Positions 21,287-32,409 of a stretch of 64,000 nucleotides of DNA are shown in pieces. The translations under genes and the position numbers were made by a program. The DNA is from an uncultured Nitrospiraceae bacterium (GTDB taxonomy: Bacteria > Nitrospirota > Nitrospiria > Nitrospirales > Nitrospiraceae), in contig CAVSTP010000002.1 of assembly GCA_963730935.1 (NCBI GenBank), positions 416,001-480,000 on the forward strand. Direction: 5' to 3'. The first letter of the stretch is position 1, and each line of letters starts with the position of its first letter. The notes under the pieces were generated by a model. That model ran no database searches and was not told the DNA's origin. It saw only the letters and a list, made by a program, of their open reading frames with translations.

Positions 21287-22165
21287 TCATTTCAACGCTT
21301 CGGCACCGCCGACGATGTCCATCAGTTCCTTGGTAATAGCCGCCTGCCTCGTCTTGTTGTAATACAGCGTGACTTTCTTGATCAGCTGGCCGGCATTGCG
21401 CGTGGCCCCGTCCATCGCGGCCATCCGCGCCCCGTGTTCAGCCGCCGCAGATTCCAGCAGCATGCGGTAGGCCTGCACTTGAAAATGCTTGGGAACCAGG
21501 GCATTCAGCAGCTCCGATTCCTCAGGCTCGTAGAGGTAACTTCCGCCTGTCGTGCCCTCTGCTTCCATCACGCCGAATCCGGTCTGGACATCCACCGGAA
21601 AGAGCTTTTCGACGATCACGCGTTGCTGAATGGCGGACTTGAATTCGTTGTACACCACGTAAAGCTCATCGAAGGTGCCCTTCACAAAATTGTCCGTGAG
21701 ATCACCGCCGATATCGATGGCGTGCTCAAAACTCAATTTGTCGAACACCCCGGTCCATTCCTGCCTGATCGCCCAGGACCGGCGTCGAAAATAGTCGCGG
21801 CCCTTCCGGCCGACGATGCTGAGAGCGACGTGGAGCCCGCGCCCCTCACATTGCCGGAGAAATTCCGAAGTTCGTCGGACGATGTTGCCGTTAAAGCCGC
21901 CGCAGAGGCCGCGGTCGCTCGTCACGACCAAGACTTCGATCTTTCGCCCCTCGCGCTTTTGCAACAGCGGATGGACGAAGCGGTTGACGCGCTGACTCAA
22001 GTTGCCGAGTACGCCGCGCATTTTGTGCGCATACGGTCGGGCAGCCAGGATACGGTCCTGTGACCGCTTGAGCTTGGCCGCCGCCACCATTTTCATCGCC
22101 TTCGTGATCTTCTGCGTATTCTTGAAGGCAGCGATCTTCCGTCTGAGGGATTGCAGGCTTGGCAT
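21287..22165 (-). CDS. atpG: ATP synthase F1 gamma subunit
   Basis: KITKAMKMVAA, SDRGLCG, RQAAITKEL. Confidence 0.98.
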   Translation of the reverse strand: MPSLQSLRRKIAAFKNTQKITKAMKMVAAAKLKRSQDRILAARPYAHKMRGVLGNLSQRVNRFVHPLLQKREGRKIEVLVVTSDRGLCGGFNGNIVRRTSEFLRQCEGRGLHVALSIVGRKGRDYFRRRSWAIRQEWTGVFDKLSFEHAIDIGGDLTDNFVKGTFDELYVVYNEFKSAIQQRVIVEKLFPVDVQTGFGVMEAEGTTGGSYLYEPEESELLNALVPKHFQVQAYRMLLESAAAEHGARMAAMDGATRNAGQLIKKVTLYYNKTRQAAITKELMDIVGGAEALK

Positions 22166-22182
22166 CGGTCGAGCGCTTCCGG

Positions 22183-23700
22183 CTATTTGGTCCCGTAGCC
22201 CATCTTCTGCTTGAACGCCGTAATAATCTCATTGATCCGGTCTCTGACCTTGTCGTCGATTTTCGAGATGCTCACGAGCTCCTTCTTCAGATCCGGGTGA
22301 TGCTGCTGGACATACCGGAGAAAGTCCGCCTCGAATTGCTGGACCTGGTCCACGGGAACGTCGTCCAGGAAGCCGTTGACTCCCGCAAAAATGGACAGCA
22401 CCTGATCGGCCACCGGCATCGGCTTGTACTGACCCTGCTTCAGCAACTCGACCATGCGCACGCCGCGCGCGAGCTGCTTCTGCGTCGCCTTGTCCAATTC
22501 GCTGCCGAACTGCGAGAAGGCCGCCATCTCACGGTATTGTGCGAGATCGAGGCGCAGCGTGCCGGCCACCTGCTTCATCGTCTTGATTTGAGCGGATCCA
22601 CCAACGCGCGATACGGACAGGCCGACATTGATCGCCGGGCGAATGCCTGAATAGAAGAGATCGCTGCCGAGATAGATCTGACCATCGGTGATCGAAATGA
22701 CGTTTGTCGGAATGTACGCCGACACGTCGCCTGCCTGCGTTTCAATGATCGGGAGGGCTGTCAAGCTGCCGCCGCCGAGCTTGTCGCTGAGTTTCGCGGC
22801 GCGTTCGAGCAACCGGGAGTGCAGATAAAACACGTCTCCGGGATAGGCTTCCCGGCCGGGCGGCCGCCGCAGGAGCAACGAGAGCTGCCGGTAGGCGACC
22901 GCATGCTTGGAGAGATCGTCATAGACGATCAAGGCATGTTTACCGTTATCCCGGAAATACTCGCCGATTGCCGCACCGGCGAAGGGAGCCAAGAACTGCA
23001 TCGGAGCGGCATCGCTGGCCGTTGCCGCCACGACCATGCTGTAGTCCATGGCATGGTGCTCTTCAAGGGTCTTGACCACACGCGCGACCGTCGAGCGTTT
23101 TTGCCCGACCGCCACATAGATACAGAAGACGCCGAGGCCTTTTTGATTGATGATCGTATCGACGGCGATGGCCGTCTTGCCTGTTTGCCGATCGCCGATG
23201 ATCAATTCCCGCTGGCCGCGGCCGATCGGAATCATGCCGTCGATCGCCTTGATACCGGTCTGCAGCGGTTCACGGACCGATTGCCGGGTAATGACGCCGG
23301 GAGCAACGACCTCAATGCGCGAAGAGAGTTGCGACTTGATGGGCCCCTTCCCATCGATCGGCTGTCCGATCGCATTTACGACCCGGCCCACGAGCGCCTC
23401 GCCGACGGGAATTTCGGCAATGCGACCGGTGCGCTTGACCGGATCGCCTTCCTTGATTCCAACGTCGTCGCCCATCAACACGACGCCCACGTTGTCCTCA
23501 TCGAGGTTGAGCGCGATGCCGTAGAGGCCACCCGGAAATTCGAGCATTTCGCCGGCCATGGCGCCATCGAGTCCATAGACCTTGGCAATGCCGTCTCCAA
23601 CCTGGATCACCGAGCCGGTTTCCTTGACATCGACCTGCTTGTCGAAGCCTTTGATCTTCTCTTTGATGATCGAGCTAATTTCTTCAGCCTTGATCTGCAT
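22183..23700 (-). CDS. atpA: ATP synthase F1 alpha subunit
   Basis: [23 protein letters not shown]. Confidence 0.98.
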   Translation of the reverse strand: MQIKAEEISSIIKEKIKGFDKQVDVKETGSVIQVGDGIAKVYGLDGAMAGEMLEFPGGLYGIALNLDEDNVGVVLMGDDVGIKEGDPVKRTGRIAEIPVGEALVGRVVNAIGQPIDGKGPIKSQLSSRIEVVAPGVITRQSVREPLQTGIKAIDGMIPIGRGQRELIIGDRQTGKTAIAVDTIINQKGLGVFCIYVAVGQKRSTVARVVKTLEEHHAMDYSMVVAATASDAAPMQFLAPFAGAAIGEYFRDNGKHALIVYDDLSKHAVAYRQLSLLLRRPPGREAYPGDVFYLHSRLLERAAKLSDKLGGGSLTALPIIETQAGDVSAYIPTNVISITDGQIYLGSDLFYSGIRPAINVGLSVSRVGGSAQIKTMKQVAGTLRLDLAQYREMAAFSQFGSELDKATQKQLARGVRMVELLKQGQYKPMPVADQVLSIFAGVNGFLDDVPVDQVQQFEADFLRYVQQHHPDLKKELVSISKIDDKVRDRINEIITAFKQKMGYGTK

Positions 23701-23792
23701 GGCGACTCCTTAGCTTCTCAGGATCGTGAGAGCACGTGCCGTGTGGGGCTCGCGTGCCTGACCTTCATATCCTGCTCGAATGGTCTGTGGCC

Positions 23793-24332
23793 TCACTCAC
23801 GCGTCAGCAGCGCCTGCATGGCGTTCAAACGCCCGCGGACGGTGCTATCCACGACCATACTGCCAATATGGATTTCCAAGCCGGCGAGGTGGGCCGCATC
23901 GGTCCGGAAAGTGACATCGACCTCTCGCTTCAACGTCTCGCGCAGGCGTGTTTTGATGCGATCTTGTTCGGCTGCCGGCAAGGTCCCGGCTGACGACACG
24001 GTCACTTGCTGTGTGCCTTTGGACCGGTCGACCAGCCTAGCGAACGCGTCGGCAATGTCGGGTAGAAATCTGACACGGTTTTTCTTGACCAGTTGCCCGA
24101 GAAACGCCTTCACGGCCGGCGGACCTGTAAAACGGCCGGCAAGCCCGGTCAGCACGGCGATCTTATCTTCAACGCCGAACGCCGGCGAAGCGATGACATG
24201 CCGAAGGGACGACGAGTCCTTGATAGCCTGAGCCAGGCCGTTGAGGGTACCCCGCGTCGCTTCGATGTTCGATTGATCGAGAAGCTCGAAGAGCGCTTGA
24301 GCGTAACGTCGCGCAACTGCCGTCTTTATCAC
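23793..24332 (-). CDS. atpH: ATP synthase F1 delta subunit
   Basis: VARRYAQALF; VVDSTVRGRL; first gene of the F1 operon. Confidence 0.93.
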   Translation of the reverse strand: MIKTAVARRYAQALFELLDQSNIEATRGTLNGLAQAIKDSSSLRHVIASPAFGVEDKIAVLTGLAGRFTGPPAVKAFLGQLVKKNRVRFLPDIADAFARLVDRSKGTQQVTVSSAGTLPAAEQDRIKTRLRETLKREVDVTFRTDAAHLAGLEIHIGSMVVDSTVRGRLNAMQALLTRE

Positions 24333-24405
24333 TGTTCTGATCCACTCATAGGAAATTTAGGGCAAACGAGATGCTTCCGTGCGGGCGCACGAAAATCGGC
24401 GCGCA

Positions 24406-24435
24406 AACGTAGCATTGGGTGGTGGGAAGTGTCAA
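24406..24435 (-). promoter_or_regulatory. Sigma-70 promoter of atpHAGDC
   Basis: TTGACA-18-TACGTT with a TG extension on the minus strand. Confidence 0.6.
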
Positions 24436-24459
24436 TACAGACGGGCGGAAGCGGCGGTC

Positions 24460-25542
24460 TTAGGCGGGTTGGATGATACCACCGCCAACCACGTGGTCAC
24501 CGCGGTACAGCACCGCGGACTGCCCGGGACTGAGCGCGCGTTGTGGTAAGTAGAAATGAACAAGCAATGTGTCGTCGTCGAGGGGTTCAACCCTGGCCGG
24601 CGTGGCTGGAGTGGCATACCGCACTTTCACCGCGAGCTCGGTGGTCGTGCTGAGCAGGCTGCCGTCGAAGAGATTGAGGTCTTTCACGAGGCAAGAGGAA
24701 CTGAGCAGGCCCTCTTCTGGACCGAGCACGACCGTGTTGGTCGACGGCTGCACACGCTGCACATACAGCCGCTGACCGGCGGCGATGCCGAGTCCGCGCC
24801 GTTGACCGGGCGTGTAAAAGGCAATGCCGTCGTGCCGGCCTATCTCTCGTCCCTGCTCGTCGACGAACAAGCCGGGATTCTTCGCCGAGGGCATTTCCGA
24901 TTCGAGAAAGGTCCGGTAATCGCCGTGACTCACAAAACAGATTTCCTGGCTTTCTTTCAGTTCGTCCACCGGCAGTCCAAGCACCTCCGCCTCCGCCCAT
25001 ACCTGGGCCTTCTGCATCGCGCCGACGGGAAAGCGCAGCCGCGGCAGCCAGTCGGGCCGGATGCGATACAAAAAATAGCTCTGATCCTTTTTCTCGTCGG
25101 CTGAGCGGCGGAGAACGAACGCTCCCTGCGATTCGTGAATCTGCACGTAATGGCCGGTCGCTACGCAGGGGATTCCCCACTGATCAGCAAGGGCGACAAG
25201 CCCTCGGAGTTTGACACGTTCGTTGCAGCGTATGCAGGGATTCGGCGTGGTCCCGTCGGCATAGCCCCGGAGAAAATCATCGATCACGGCCTCCCGAAAG
25301 AGGCGACGCTGATCGACGACTTCATAAGGAATCTTCAGACGCTGCGCCACATATTTGGCAATACCAATCTTGCAGCAGCCGCGCTCTTGCCACTTTTTAG
25401 AGGCGGCGACTTCCTCGTCCTCATGTTCCCACACTTGAAGCGTGACGCCGCGGACATCGTAGCCCTCGCGGACGAGGAGGGCTGCCGCCACAGAACTGTC
25501 CACACCGCCGCTCATGCCGAGCAGGACCGTAGGCTTCTTCAT
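24460..25542 (-). CDS. mnmA: tRNA 2-thiouridylase
   Basis: SGGVDS, TPNPCIRCN, KDQSYFL, ESQEICF, PGQ. Confidence 0.96.
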   Translation of the reverse strand: MKKPTVLLGMSGGVDSSVAAALLVREGYDVRGVTLQVWEHEDEEVAASKKWQERGCCKIGIAKYVAQRLKIPYEVVDQRRLFREAVIDDFLRGYADGTTPNPCIRCNERVKLRGLVALADQWGIPCVATGHYVQIHESQGAFVLRRSADEKKDQSYFLYRIRPDWLPRLRFPVGAMQKAQVWAEAEVLGLPVDELKESQEICFVSHGDYRTFLESEMPSAKNPGLFVDEQGREIGRHDGIAFYTPGQRRGLGIAAGQRLYVQRVQPSTNTVVLGPEEGLLSSSCLVKDLNLFDGSLLSTTTELAVKVRYATPATPARVEPLDDDTLLVHFYLPQRALSPGQSAVLYRGDHVVGGGIIQPA

Positions 25543-25616
25543 AGGCGGGTATTGTACTGGCGGGAGGTGGAAAGGGCCAGAGGGTAGTCACTCAGGATGG
25601 CCAGGCGTTGGGGAGG

Positions 25617-26018
25617 CTAGGATGCCAGCGAAACGGGTGTTTGCTCAGACCACGCGCGAACACCCATGTCACACATACCATGGAAGTGCGATCCCTCTTC
25701 GATCGCGATCGACGGCGTTCGAATATCGCCGACCAGGACTCCGGGTTTCAGGATCTGAATCTTTTCGACGGCGGTGATGGTGCCGTTGATTTTCCCGCTG
25801 TTCATGAGCACACCGGCGGAAACGATGCCCTTGATAATTGCGTGCTCTCCAACGATCAACGTGCCGGTGGTGTGGATCTCTCCTTCAACGCGGCCGTCAA
25901 CTCGCACAGTCCCGTCAAAGTTGACCACGCCTTTGAAATCGACATCCTTCGCGAGCAGCGTAAAATTTTCGAAATCGGGCTCCGTCGACTGTTCGTGCTG
26001 TTCCTTCCGTGCCCACAT
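25617..26018 (-). CDS. Bactofilin (polymer-forming cytoskeletal protein)
   Basis: FKGVVNFDGTVRVDGRVEGEI...IEEGSHFHG. Confidence 0.92.
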   Translation of the reverse strand: MWARKEQHEQSTEPDFENFTLLAKDVDFKGVVNFDGTVRVDGRVEGEIHTTGTLIVGEHAIIKGIVSAGVLMNSGKINGTITAVEKIQILKPGVLVGDIRTPSIAIEEGSHFHGMCDMGVRAWSEQTPVSLAS

Positions 26019-26061
26019 GGTGTGTCCCCCCTCCGCTAGTTACGTATTAACACCTGAGTAT

Positions 26062-26538
26062 TTATCCAGCCAATTTGACCCCAGCCGATGGCGTCATGGC
26101 GACAGGATGCAGCGTCGCTCCTTCACGGACCCCGTGAGTCATCTCCAGACCGCCGTTGAACAAGACACCGTCTTCGATCGAGAGCATCGGCGTCTTCATG
26201 CTTCCGTTGAACACGGCGGGAGCCCGTAATTTCACCCGGTCCTTGGCGGCAATGTCACCCGTGATTTTGCCCTTGCACACGATGGTTCCCGCGGTCACCT
26301 TCGCTTGAATCACGGCCTCATCTCCAATCAGGAGGACTCCATCGGTATGGATTTCGCCGTCGAGGAACCCATCAATCCTTACGGTGCCGCTGTAGGAGAT
26401 CACGCCTTTAAACTCCACTCCCTTTCCGACGAAGGCGATAATGTCATCGGCGCCGTCGGGGGTCGGCGCTGCAGACGGGGCTCCTTCTTCCGTTGTCCCT
26501 TCACTGGCCCGTTTTGTGTCCTGCTTCTCCCCCCACAT
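26062..26538 (-). CDS. Bactofilin (polymer-forming cytoskeletal protein)
   Basis: FKGVISYSGTVRIDGFLDGEI...IEDGVLFNG; RBS GGGAGG. Confidence 0.92.
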   Translation of the reverse strand: MWGEKQDTKRASEGTTEEGAPSAAPTPDGADDIIAFVGKGVEFKGVISYSGTVRIDGFLDGEIHTDGVLLIGDEAVIQAKVTAGTIVCKGKITGDIAAKDRVKLRAPAVFNGSMKTPMLSIEDGVLFNGGLEMTHGVREGATLHPVAMTPSAGVKLAG

Positions 26539-26629
26539 GAGCAACCCTCCCAGATGTCTTGTGATGACTGCGACTGTTCGCACGAGAGTCTAGTCGTACG
26601 AACAAACACTGCCACTGGTTGCACGTTTT

Positions 26630-26645
26630 AGCAACAAATATGCCG
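26630..26645 (-). promoter_or_regulatory. Sigma-54 promoter of the bactofilin pair
   Basis: Minus strand CGGCAT-ATTTG-TTGCT in the parB-bactofilin spacer. Confidence 0.65.
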
Positions 26646-26684
26646 TTTATTTCACGAGCGACGAACGAGGTACTTAGAGGAGAA

Positions 26685-27533
26685 CTACTGAAGCAGTTGC
26701 TCGAGAATACCGTCGAGCTCGGCGGGCGAAAAATAATGGATGATCACCTTGCCCCCGCGTTTGCCGGTGAGCACAGAAACTTTCGTTCCGAGGCGTTTTT
26801 GTAAACGCTCTTCCACATCCAGCAGCGGAGATCGACGCAGCTCTTTTGTGCTGCGTTTTCTGACGATTAGGCTGGAGGCAATAAGTTTTTCTGTCTCACG
26901 CACGGAGAGATTTCGAGCGACGACTAGGTGCGCTACGCGTAGCTGTTCAGTGGCACTTGCTAGCCCCAAAATGACTTTCGCATGGCCGGCGGATAACTGA
27001 TCGCTTTCGATCAATTGCTGGACCTCGATCGGAAGATGAAGAAGACGGACCATATTCGCAATGGAAGACCGCTCGCACCCGACGCGTTGCGCAATTATGT
27101 CCTGCGTGAGTCCAAATTCGTTCATCATGCGCTGATACGCGCGGGCCATTTCCATCGGATTGAGGTCTTCGCGTTGAAGATTCTCCACAAGTGCGAGTAG
27201 GATTGATTCTTCATCACTACAGTTCCTGACGACGGCTTGAATGGTCTCCATCCCGGCCTCTCTAGCCGCTCGCCAGCGACGTTCTCCCGAGATCAACTCA
27301 TATATGCCATCGCCTTTGCGCCTCACCAGCACCGGTTGTAGTAATCCGCTTTGCTTTAAGGATGCGGCCAGTTCCGCCAATTCCTGAGGCGAAAATGTTT
27401 GCCGGGGCTGATATCGATTCGGAACTATGGCTTCGATGCGCAGATGCTGAACCTCCGGCAACTCCGGCATCGGCGCCGGCTTTGTCGTCGGCAATAACGC
27501 GTCGAGTCCTCTACCCAGAGCTCTTTTCTCCAT
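26685..27533 (-). CDS. parB: Chromosome partitioning protein ParB/Spo0J
   Basis: ALGRGLDALL, NRYQPR, GERRWRA, ENLQREDL, HTH. Confidence 0.97.
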   Translation of the reverse strand: MEKRALGRGLDALLPTTKPAPMPELPEVQHLRIEAIVPNRYQPRQTFSPQELAELAASLKQSGLLQPVLVRRKGDGIYELISGERRWRAAREAGMETIQAVVRNCSDEESILLALVENLQREDLNPMEMARAYQRMMNEFGLTQDIIAQRVGCERSSIANMVRLLHLPIEVQQLIESDQLSAGHAKVILGLASATEQLRVAHLVVARNLSVRETEKLIASSLIVRKRSTKELRRSPLLDVEERLQKRLGTKVSVLTGKRGGKVIIHYFSPAELDGILEQLLQ

Positions 27534-28287
27534 GACTGAGGAACTCCTTTGCTAGAGAGAGATAGGCCTGCGCTCCGGCCGAGGCCATGTTGTATAGAAG
27601 GACCGGCCGACCATAACTTGGCGCTTCCGCAAGCGTCACGTTCCGCGGGATCGTCGTCTGGTAAACCAGTTCTTTGAAGTGCCCACGCACTTGATCGGCA
27701 ACTTGGCGCGCCAAAGTATTCCTGACGTCGTACATTGTCAACACGATGCCTTCGATCGTAAGGCTAGGATTGAACGATTGCTGTATCCGCTCGATGCTTC
27801 CAATGAGGCGGCTCAAACCTTCCATCGCATAGTATTCACATTGCACAGGAATGAGGACTGATCGGGCAGCCACTAACGCATTGACAGTCAAAATGCCAAG
27901 TGCCGGGGGGCAGTCAATGAAAATGACATCAAAAAGAGATTCTAATCCCTTGATAAAATTGCGTGAAACCTTTTCCCGCTCTTCGATGTTTACCAATTCG
28001 ATTTCCGCGCCGGCCAAATCGGAGTTCGCAGGCAGCAGGGATAATCCGCTCACTTCTGTCTTTTGAACCGCTTCATCAAAGTTTACGAAATTAATCAAGC
28101 AGTTATACACTGTCTTTCCGAGGGATCTGGGGTCAATGCCCAACCCACTCGTGGCATTTCCCTGCGGATCCATGTCCACCAGCAACACACGTTTACCCTG
28201 CAACGCAAGACCGGCGGCGAGATTCACCGCTGTCGTGGTCTTACCCACTCCCCCCTTCTGGTTTGCGACAGCGACGATCATGGCCAT
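27511..28287 (-). CDS. parA: Chromosome partitioning ATPase ParA/Soj
   Basis: NQKGGVGKTT, DPQGNAT, DCPP, PVQCEYYA. Confidence 0.97.
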   Translation of the reverse strand: MAMIVAVANQKGGVGKTTTAVNLAAGLALQGKRVLLVDMDPQGNATSGLGIDPRSLGKTVYNCLINFVNFDEAVQKTEVSGLSLLPANSDLAGAEIELVNIEEREKVSRNFIKGLESLFDVIFIDCPPALGILTVNALVAARSVLIPVQCEYYAMEGLSRLIGSIERIQQSFNPSLTIEGIVLTMYDVRNTLARQVADQVRGHFKELVYQTTIPRNVTLAEAPSYGRPVLLYNMASAGAQAYLSLAKEFLSHGEKSSG

Positions 28288-28314
28288 GAGATTATGGAAC
28301 TCCTTAAGAGGAAA

Positions 28315-28330
28315 TGTTCCACGTGGAACA
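28315..28330. promoter_or_regulatory. parS: parS site
   Basis: Perfect palindrome TGTTCCACGTGGAACA between rsmG and parA. Confidence 0.93.
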
Positions 28331-28339
28331 TCGCTACCG

Positions 28340-28999
28340 TTAGACGGAAGGTGCCTTAGCCAACACCGTCACCACGCGGCTACCGTGATTCCTGGGCAGT
28401 ACAAAATCATGGTTGGATTCCACTCGGAATGCCTGCGAAGGCCAATCGTCTACCCTCGCGGTCCGAAACAGTAAGATGTGTCCTGTCGGCTTCAAGATAA
28501 ACGCCGCTGGCTCTACAATCTCATCGAATCGCAGGGCGCGCAGCACAATCACATCCGCGAGAACATGCGGTTTTTGGGCTGCATATTGTTTCAGCTCTCC
28601 CGGATATATGGACACCTGTTCCAGCTTCAGTGCCCCGACAATGGAGTGGAGAAACGAACACTTCTTCTGTGATGGTTCGATCAATAGCAAGCGGAGGTCA
28701 CTCTGAACGATCTTTACAGGGATTCCTGGAAACCCAGCCCCACTTCCGACATCCACCACGAGGCTGTGGGGTGGAAATTTGTATGCCTTCAACGCTGTCA
28801 GCGAATCCACGAAGTGCTTGCTGATGATTTCGAATGGATCCGTGATGCTCGTGAGATTGATCGTTTTGTTCCACGCAAGCAACTGGGACAGATAAACGAG
28901 AAATTCCCCGGTCTGCCGTCCGGTGAGACTGATCCCGATCCCATTGGTGGAAGTAACAAGGAACTCGCGCAGGGCACGCTCATGTTCCACGTGGAACAA
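28340..28999 (-). CDS. rsmG: 16S rRNA m7G527 methyltransferase
   Basis: WNKTINLT, HFVDSL, DVGSGAGFPG; position between mnmG and parA. Confidence 0.93.
   Translation of the reverse strand: MFHVEHERALREFLVTSTNGIGISLTGRQTGEFLVYLSQLLAWNKTINLTSITDPFEIISKHFVDSLTALKAYKFPPHSLVVDVGSGAGFPGIPVKIVQSDLRLLLIEPSQKKCSFLHSIVGALKLEQVSIYPGELKQYAAQKPHVLADVIVLRALRFDEIVEPAAFILKPTGHILLFRTARVDDWPSQAFRVESNHDFVLPRNHGSRVVTVLAKAPSV
28983..28998. promoter_or_regulatory. parS: parS site overlapping the rsmG start
   Basis: Second perfect TGTTCCACGTGGAACA. Confidence 0.93.
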
Positions 29000-29032
29000 T
29001 TACGTGAAATGATAAAAGAGGTCAAGGGCTGA

Positions 29033-30952
29033 TTATCCCGGAACCGATTCAGACTCAACTGCGGCTGGAACCGCTTCGGCTGCTGGGGACTTCCTTCTGT
29101 GCTTTTCGAGGGCGACGAGCAACACAGAGATGGCTGCAGGAGTAACGCCGGAAATCCTTGAAGCCTGACCCACGGAGGCAGGTCGGACCCTTCTCAGCTT
29201 TTCACGGACTTCATTCGAGAATCCCCTCACATGGTCGTAGGAAAATTCGGCGGGAATGCCCCGAGCTTCGAGCTGCTTGAAGCGATTAACTTGTTGCAGC
29301 TGGCGTTTGATGTACCCAGAATACTTAATTTGGATTTCAACTTCTTCAATAATTTCATTGTCTTGAGATCTGTCTAGCTCCAGGCAGTCCATCAAAGCCT
29401 CGTACGTCACACCCTGCCGTCTCAAGAGGTGCGCAGTCGAGCAAGGACCTGCAATGTCGTCGATGTTTGCCGCGGTCAGGCGCCGGCGCACTTCCTCGGT
29501 GAGGCGCGGCCTCATGCCTTCGAGTCTCTGGATCTCATCGTCAATTTGACGGCGCTTTAGACAAAACTTCGTGTAGACGTTGTCAGGTATCAATCCAATC
29601 TGACGTGCGGTTTCGGTCAACCGCAGATCTGCATTGCCATGGCGCAACAGAAGTCGATATTCAGCTCGGGAGGTAAACATTCGATAGGGTTCTCGAGCAT
29701 CTTTGGTGATGAGATCATCGATGAGCACGCCAATGTAGGCTTCCGAGCGATCGAGAATCAGTGGCGGCTTGTTCCGCAACTTGAGGACCGCATTGATGCC
29801 TGCCATCAGACCCTGGGCTGCCGCTTCCTCGTAGCCGGATGTCCCGTTGATCTGCCCTGCATGGTAGAGCCCTTCCACGAGCTTGGTTTCCAATGTCGGG
29901 TGTAATTGCCGAGGAGGAAAATAGTCGTACTCAATGGCATAACCGGGCTTCAGCATGCGAGCCTGTTCCAGACCAGGTATCGTTTGTAGAATGGCCGCTT
30001 GGACATCGACGGGCAGACTCGTTGAAATCCCGTTCGGGTAATACTCCGGCGTCTCCAGGCCTTCCGGCTCCACAAAAATCTGATGCCGTGACTTCTCGGC
30101 GAAGCGAACAACTTTGTCCTCGATCGAAGGACAATAGCGAGGACCTACGGATTCGATCACCCCGCTGTACAGCGGCGATCGGTCAAGATTGTTTCGGATG
30201 ATGTCATGCGTCTTCTCATTCGTATAGGTCAAATGGCAGTCCCGCTGCGGGGTGTGGATCCGGTCCGTGCGATAGGAAAAGGGCGGTGGTGGGTCGTCGC
30301 CCGGCTGTGGCGTCATCACGGAGAAATCGATCGTGTCTCGATCCAACCGAGGTGGAGTGCCCGTTTTCAACCGTCCGACTTCAAATCCCAACTCTCTCAT
30401 GCAGTCCGACAAATGTTCAGCCGACACTTCTCCGGCGCGGCCGGCAGGAAAATGATTGAGGCCGATGTGGATTAAACCCTTAAGGAAAGTGCCTGATGTC
30501 AGGATCACGGCCCTGGCCGCAATGGACTGGCCCCCGTCGGTGACCACTCCGCCGATCGTTCCCCCTGTCACGAGCAGGCGATCGACCGTACCTTCGCCCA
30601 TCGTGAGTCCGGTCTGACGCTCCAACGTTTCCCGCATCACCTGCCGATACAACGCCTTGTCGCACTGCGCCCGCAGGGCGCGAACCGCAGGTCCCTTGCT
30701 CGTGTTGATAAAACGGAATTGAATGCCGGCCCGATCGGTGTTGACGGCCATTTCTCCGCCTAGGGCATCGATCTCCTTGACCAGATGACCTTTGGCAATA
30801 CCGCCGATCGCCGGATTGCAAGACATCTGTGCGACACGGGCAGGATCCATCGTCAAGAGGAGCGTCGTTGCGCCCATCCGGGCGGCCGCCAACGCTGCTT
30901 CGCAGCCCGCATGCCCCCCGCCGACGACGATAACGTCAAACGCTTGCGACAC
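29033..30952 (-). CDS. mnmG: tRNA uridine 5-carboxymethylaminomethyl modification enzyme GidA
   Basis: [38 protein letters not shown]. Confidence 0.97.
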   Translation of the reverse strand: MSQAFDVIVVGGGHAGCEAALAAARMGATTLLLTMDPARVAQMSCNPAIGGIAKGHLVKEIDALGGEMAVNTDRAGIQFRFINTSKGPAVRALRAQCDKALYRQVMRETLERQTGLTMGEGTVDRLLVTGGTIGGVVTDGGQSIAARAVILTSGTFLKGLIHIGLNHFPAGRAGEVSAEHLSDCMRELGFEVGRLKTGTPPRLDRDTIDFSVMTPQPGDDPPPPFSYRTDRIHTPQRDCHLTYTNEKTHDIIRNNLDRSPLYSGVIESVGPRYCPSIEDKVVRFAEKSRHQIFVEPEGLETPEYYPNGISTSLPVDVQAAILQTIPGLEQARMLKPGYAIEYDYFPPRQLHPTLETKLVEGLYHAGQINGTSGYEEAAAQGLMAGINAVLKLRNKPPLILDRSEAYIGVLIDDLITKDAREPYRMFTSRAEYRLLLRHGNADLRLTETARQIGLIPDNVYTKFCLKRRQIDDEIQRLEGMRPRLTEEVRRRLTAANIDDIAGPCSTAHLLRRQGVTYEALMDCLELDRSQDNEIIEEVEIQIKYSGYIKRQLQQVNRFKQLEARGIPAEFSYDHVRGFSNEVREKLRRVRPASVGQASRISGVTPAAISVLLVALEKHRRKSPAAEAVPAAVESESVPG

Positions 30953-30963
30953 GGTGTGATTCC

Positions 30964-32406
30964 CTACTTCCCGATACAAAACGTCGAAAAGATCTGTTCC
31001 AAGACTTCATCCGTTGTAATGGCCCCGGTGATCTCACCGAGGGCATCGGCAGCGGCCCGAAGGTCGACGGCGACGAGTTCATTCGCCATCCCCGCTCTGA
31101 TCGATTCTTCGGCCTGGACCAGCGACCCATGAGCCTGATCAAGGGCGGCTTGATGCCGCACGTTCGTGACGATGACTCCGTCCGTGGTCTCAGCGCCCCC
31201 TCCAACCAATTGCGATCGAATTGCCGCACGCAGTGCCTCGACCCCATCCCCGGTTTTGGCCGACAACGGCAAGCCCACTGTTCCTGGTTTCATGTCTGAA
31301 GGGCCTACCCGCATTGGAAGATCGGCCTTGTTGATGACGACCACATGTTTGCCGGGCGCAGCTTGCTCGATGAGCCCGCGGTCATCCTCGCTCAGAGGAG
31401 TCGAGCCATCAATCACGATAACCTGTAGATCCGCATCTTTCTGGGCCGATCGTGACCGCCTGATACCCTCTCGCTCCAGTTCGTCGTCCGTAGCCCGGAT
31501 GCCGGCCGTGTCCACCAGGTGAATGACGACACCATCAAGACTAATCGATTCCTCAATGATGTCTCTGGTCGTCCCCGGCACCGCAGTCACAATCGCCCGT
31601 TCCTCTTTGAGCAGCCGATTGAGCAGGCTGGATTTTCCGACGTTGGGGCGCCCCGTAATGACGACGCGGGCGCCCTCCCGCAGCCATCGCCCCTCCCGGG
31701 CGGTGGCGCCCAAGCGCCGTATGCGCGCAGCGACGTTCTGAACCGTCCGCAGCAGTTCCTGCCTGCCGAGAATCTCGATCTCTTCCCCGACAAAATCTAT
31801 CCCGGCTTCGAGCTGCGCCAGCAGGCGCAACAAGGCGTCCCGTGCCGCATCCACCTCACGCGCCAACTCACCGCGCAGTTGCCGCTGGGCCGCCGTGAGG
31901 CTTGCGGCAGACTTGGCGCGAATCGTATCAAGCACCGCCTCAGCCTGCGACAAATCGAGTCGGCCGTTGAGAAAAGCCCGTTTGGTGAACTCGCCGGGAG
32001 CGGCCATTCTGGCGCCTGCCGCGAGGCACGCGCGACAGACCAGGGAGAGGATGAGCCATCCACCATGAGACTGGATTTCGACGGTGTCTTCGCCCGTGAA
32101 CGACCGCGGACCTTTCATATACACCACGAGCGCCTCATCGAAGACGTTGCCCTCACAAGATGGAGCAACCGCGCATGTCTCGGCAGGAGGCTTGTCAAAT
32201 GACGACGGAAGGCGCACATCGGCGAGGTGGAGCGTATGAGAGACTATTGAGGCCAGCGGGCGACCGGACCGCAGCTGCACGATCCCTTCAGCGATGGCCA
32301 GCGCTCGCGCACCGCTGAGCCGCACAATGCCGATCCCGCCTTCACCGGCCGACGTGGCGATCGCACAGATGGTGTCCTCAAGCGCTCCGCTCATCATGAG
32401 CGCCAT
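30964..32406 (-). CDS. mnmE: tRNA modification GTPase TrmE
   Basis: [26 protein letters not shown]-terminal FCIGK. Confidence 0.97.
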   Translation of the reverse strand: MALMMSGALEDTICAIATSAGEGGIGIVRLSGARALAIAEGIVQLRSGRPLASIVSHTLHLADVRLPSSFDKPPAETCAVAPSCEGNVFDEALVVYMKGPRSFTGEDTVEIQSHGGWLILSLVCRACLAAGARMAAPGEFTKRAFLNGRLDLSQAEAVLDTIRAKSAASLTAAQRQLRGELAREVDAARDALLRLLAQLEAGIDFVGEEIEILGRQELLRTVQNVAARIRRLGATAREGRWLREGARVVITGRPNVGKSSLLNRLLKEERAIVTAVPGTTRDIIEESISLDGVVIHLVDTAGIRATDDELEREGIRRSRSAQKDADLQVIVIDGSTPLSEDDRGLIEQAAPGKHVVVINKADLPMRVGPSDMKPGTVGLPLSAKTGDGVEALRAAIRSQLVGGGAETTDGVIVTNVRHQAALDQAHGSLVQAEESIRAGMANELVAVDLRAAADALGEITGAITTDEVLEQIFSTFCIGK

Positions 32407-32409
32407 CTC

